A stretch of DNA of 53,499 nucleotides, filler included, from Asterionella formosa (Eukaryota), in the NCBI GenBank assembly GCA_002256025.1. It is 4 parts of 4 records of this genome, joined end to end, with 100 filler letters (N's around TTAATTAATTAA, not from the genome) between each part and the next. Parts side by side here need not be neighbours in the genome. Positions count along the whole stretch, not along the records: positions 40,221 to 53,499 come from NKIB01006823.1; 3 more parts are not named here. One strand, 5' to 3'. The notes below the pieces were generated by a model. That model did no database searches. It was given only the letters and a program-made list of their open reading frames with translations, and was not told the DNA's origin. Shown piece by piece: positions 50,538 to 53,499 of the stretch (positions are counted from its first letter, which is position 1; each line of letters opens with the position of its first letter). A program made the translations under genes and the position numbers.

Positions 50538-53006
50538 CCAGTCAAAAACTGCTTAAGACCACTATATTACCCCGTTTTTGGACTAAAATTAGAAAAATGT
50601 TCAGCCGACCCCATTTAAAACCCTTTGAATAGAGGTCAAGTAATGCATGCTAGTACTAGATACCGGTATATGAATCATTTTAAAAATTGGAAGGATATAT
50701 CTTGCGATATCGAACTTTTTAAGTCGTTCATTTTGCATTTTAGTGGTCTCAAGCCATTCATATATTTTCCTTCATGTATAAATATTTTTTAATGGCAAAC
50801 GGTTAGGAAAATATTACCTCTTTTTCCATATTTTCTCCAATTTCTTGTGTCAACTGACACACAAATCACTCTTCTTTCACCGTGACTTAATCCTCGTTGT
50901 CCCCTTCAGCTGAGGCTGCTGGTGGCGGAATATCTCCGGCAATTGGGACTGGTGCATCGCCACGTCCCATTGTATCAATATATCTGGTAAGTAAGCATTA
51001 GGTGTTTTGTTGCAGGTAATGGCGCATCGCCAACTTGTTTGTACCAAGACACTATTGTTTTTGTTTGCGCCACCGTCCATTCATGTTCCTGTTTGTTGAG
51101 CGCTCTGATCGCTTGCACCTTGTTCAATGTTGCTGTGTAGCTCATAACTTTCTTATTCACTTTCTCACTATCCTTCTCCTCTGCTCTTCTTTTCATCCTA
51201 GTCATATCGTCCAGTGCTTCCAGCCGCCACATGAAGTCCTGCTGTATACCTTCTAATTTGCGCGATTGGCCATAGCGCCGATTCCTTCCGTTGGCGAGCC
51301 ATCTTATCAAGATTGATGTCATTCCTTGAATCCTCTTTGTTCCTGAATTCAATAACTTTGTCAAGAAGGGTGCAGGTGATACCTTCCTTTAGATTCAGTC
51401 CTGCTGGTGTGATGGTCGAGAAAGCGGCATTCAATTCTGTCTGGGTTGCTGAAACTGCTGTCAGTTGCATTTCATCATGAAGAAGTGTGTTGTAAATCGT
51501 TGGTTGCTCATTTAATGCGTTGCTGGTAGTCTCTTGAAAATGCCATGGTGCTGTGTTTGGGACGGCCATGTGCGCCTCGTGCTGGAGGAAGTTGCGTGGT
51601 CTCAATTGCAGCCCTATTTTCGTTTGTACTCGCCCCCCCCTCTTCTCACCGGAAAGTTGTGTTTGTTCAGTCTCATGCTGATCAGGTCTATCTGTTAGAT
51701 AATTGTTTCTCACACTGCTGTTTTCATCTGAGTTAAATGTAATTGTTGTCAAAGTCGATGCAGTAGTGGCGGAGTTTCTGGTTGCAAAGGTAAGTATGCT
51801 GCTGGTTTCAATTTGATTTGCTGGGGAGTAATCCAATAGAACTGTAGAATTTAAACCCCCTACTACTAGATATGTGTTGGTGTTGTTCAATTTCTTCAAA
51901 TGGTACATCACCATGTCTTTTGTTAGCCACGTAGTTTTGCCACCTTTGTTTGCTACTTATCTAGTGATAGCACCATATAGTAACACTCCTCTATTGATAG
52001 CCTTTGTAGCTTCTAGTTCTCTAACAATGTTGTTTAGAACAACCTTTACTATTTCCTTATCTAGAGTCTTACATAACTCTGTACTTTGCTCAAGGTTTGG
52101 TGCATCTTCGGTTCATAATAGCACTACCTGTAAGTAATGGTAGAAAGATCCGAAAAAATGAAAATAGATATTGTATTTTTTTTATTGTCTCCAGAGCATT
52201 TCAGAATGCATACCGGTATACATGTTGACAGTACAAAATCACTCAATTTCTATGGTGCGAACTATCGTGCATGTTTAAATTGGGATGTTGCACATAATCG
52301 CGCCCTAGTAATTATCAACATGAAGAAAAGCTTTAAAGGAAGCTATATTAGACTGGAGTATAAAACGTTAACAAATATCGTATATGAAGATAAAATGTCG
52401 GCCCAGCTAAACGAGGTACCCTGGTACCGGTAACTTTTTGGACAGAAGATTTTAGGACTAAAACTTCCGGCACACAACTACCATTCCGATGATGACGTTT
52501 CGGCACTTAATAATTCTGATTCCGATTTTTTGGCGACAGTAGAAAAGGCCGATTTTGTCGAGTCTTCGGGCGACGATAGCTAAACGTTGGCTGGGTCTGA
52601 CGGCGATTTAGATACATAGGTAACTTTCAAATAGCATCAGTATATAACTTCTGGCGAGAAACTGCAGAAAGGAACTTCGGTTTTATACTATGCCAAATAA
52701 ACAGATTTCCCCCGAAATTTCGAGTCTTTTTAGCCTGGTCAAAAAACCGAAGCTCCTTTCTGCAGTTTCTGACCAGATCCTAGATGCTGACGATATATAG
52801 AGTGAGCCTACACCCCTACTTTGTCCGAAGACTGTATGTAAGCATATGGACAGGGTGTGTATTGGTGAAAGCTCCGTTGAGCGTTATACATAATTTATTT
52901 TGTATGTGAAAAGTATGTGTTTGATTAGTCTGACTGAATATTATTTTATATACCCTACCTCGAGCTAGGGGTTCAAATGCAGCAACCTGAAGCAGTTTTT
53001 GACTGG
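50538..53006 (-). mobile_element. Deleted pogo/Tc1-mariner-like element with TIRs and TA target duplication
   Basis: TA|ccagtcaaaaactgctt ... aagcagtttttgactgg|TA (17 bp perfect). Minus-strand ORF pieces at 50975-51914 (LNLKEG...LLDKVI...YTAG; WTVAQTKTIVSWYKQVGDAPLPATK) resemble the C-terminal tail of diatom DDE_1 transposases. No DDE core seen. Confidence 0.7.
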
Positions 53007-53499
53007 TACCACCTAAAAACTGAGAGTCATATAAAGTTAACCCCATGTTTCGACTCAAACTATTTTAGTCAAATTTCATGGTGACAACAAATCAAGTACG
53101 TAGCTAAATGTAGAACAGGCTCTCCGCTTTCAATAGGTCTGTTTAATTAGTAATGAAGCTTCATAATTCAAGAGATATGAAGTTTTTAAAGTTGATGATT
53201 ATGGTCGTATTGTATGACTATCTATACATATTTTTTACTACGTACCTGAAGAAAATTTTATATTCAAATTCTGGTTTCGATTACCCTATTGTTCACTCTA
53301 AAGCTTTTTCCTGCCACAATATTATTTGTCCGTTGCATCATCTACCCATTTATTATTCATTGTTTTCATTTTTTAAACCTTAAACAATAATGCGTTTGCC
53401 TTTTAACTCAAATACTATTTCAGTTTTTGTGTCAATAATCTTACTTTCATTCGTTTTGATGATGGTTTGATATAGATTTATATAGGGATTATTTACGTT

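Overview
Eukaryotic, AT-rich, transposon-littered DNA, most consistent with a diatom/stramenopile nuclear genome. The evidence is a diatom-type Copia, Plavaka-, pogo- and Crypton-like relics, and Met/Gly/Lys-tailed secreted proteins. The window is not one locus. It is four pieces of 13321, 13311, 13288 and 13279 bp, in descending size, joined by artificial 100-bp N44-TTAATTAATTAA-N44 linkers, so neighbourhoods across linkers mean nothing. Credible genes: a tandem CUE-like protein, a secreted Reeler-like/Pro-rich/(GGMH)n protein, the Aurora kinase 5' end with a compact E2F/MSA/CHR/CCAAT promoter, a membrane-anchored dual-specificity phosphatase, a Gln-rich protein 5' end, a mitochondrion-targeted atypical NDP kinase, and an intronless M66 (StcE/TagA-like) metalloprotease. 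The rest is mostly decayed mobile DNA. The most unusual items are (i) a ~200-nt GC-rich rod hairpin with CGAG/CGAG tandem G-A mismatches about every 16 bp (46.9-47.1 kb), and (ii) a TA-flanked TIR element carrying a mitochondrial nad5 fragment, nested in a repeat whose empty-site paralog is also in the window. All family assignments are from motif recognition by eye; no searches were run.
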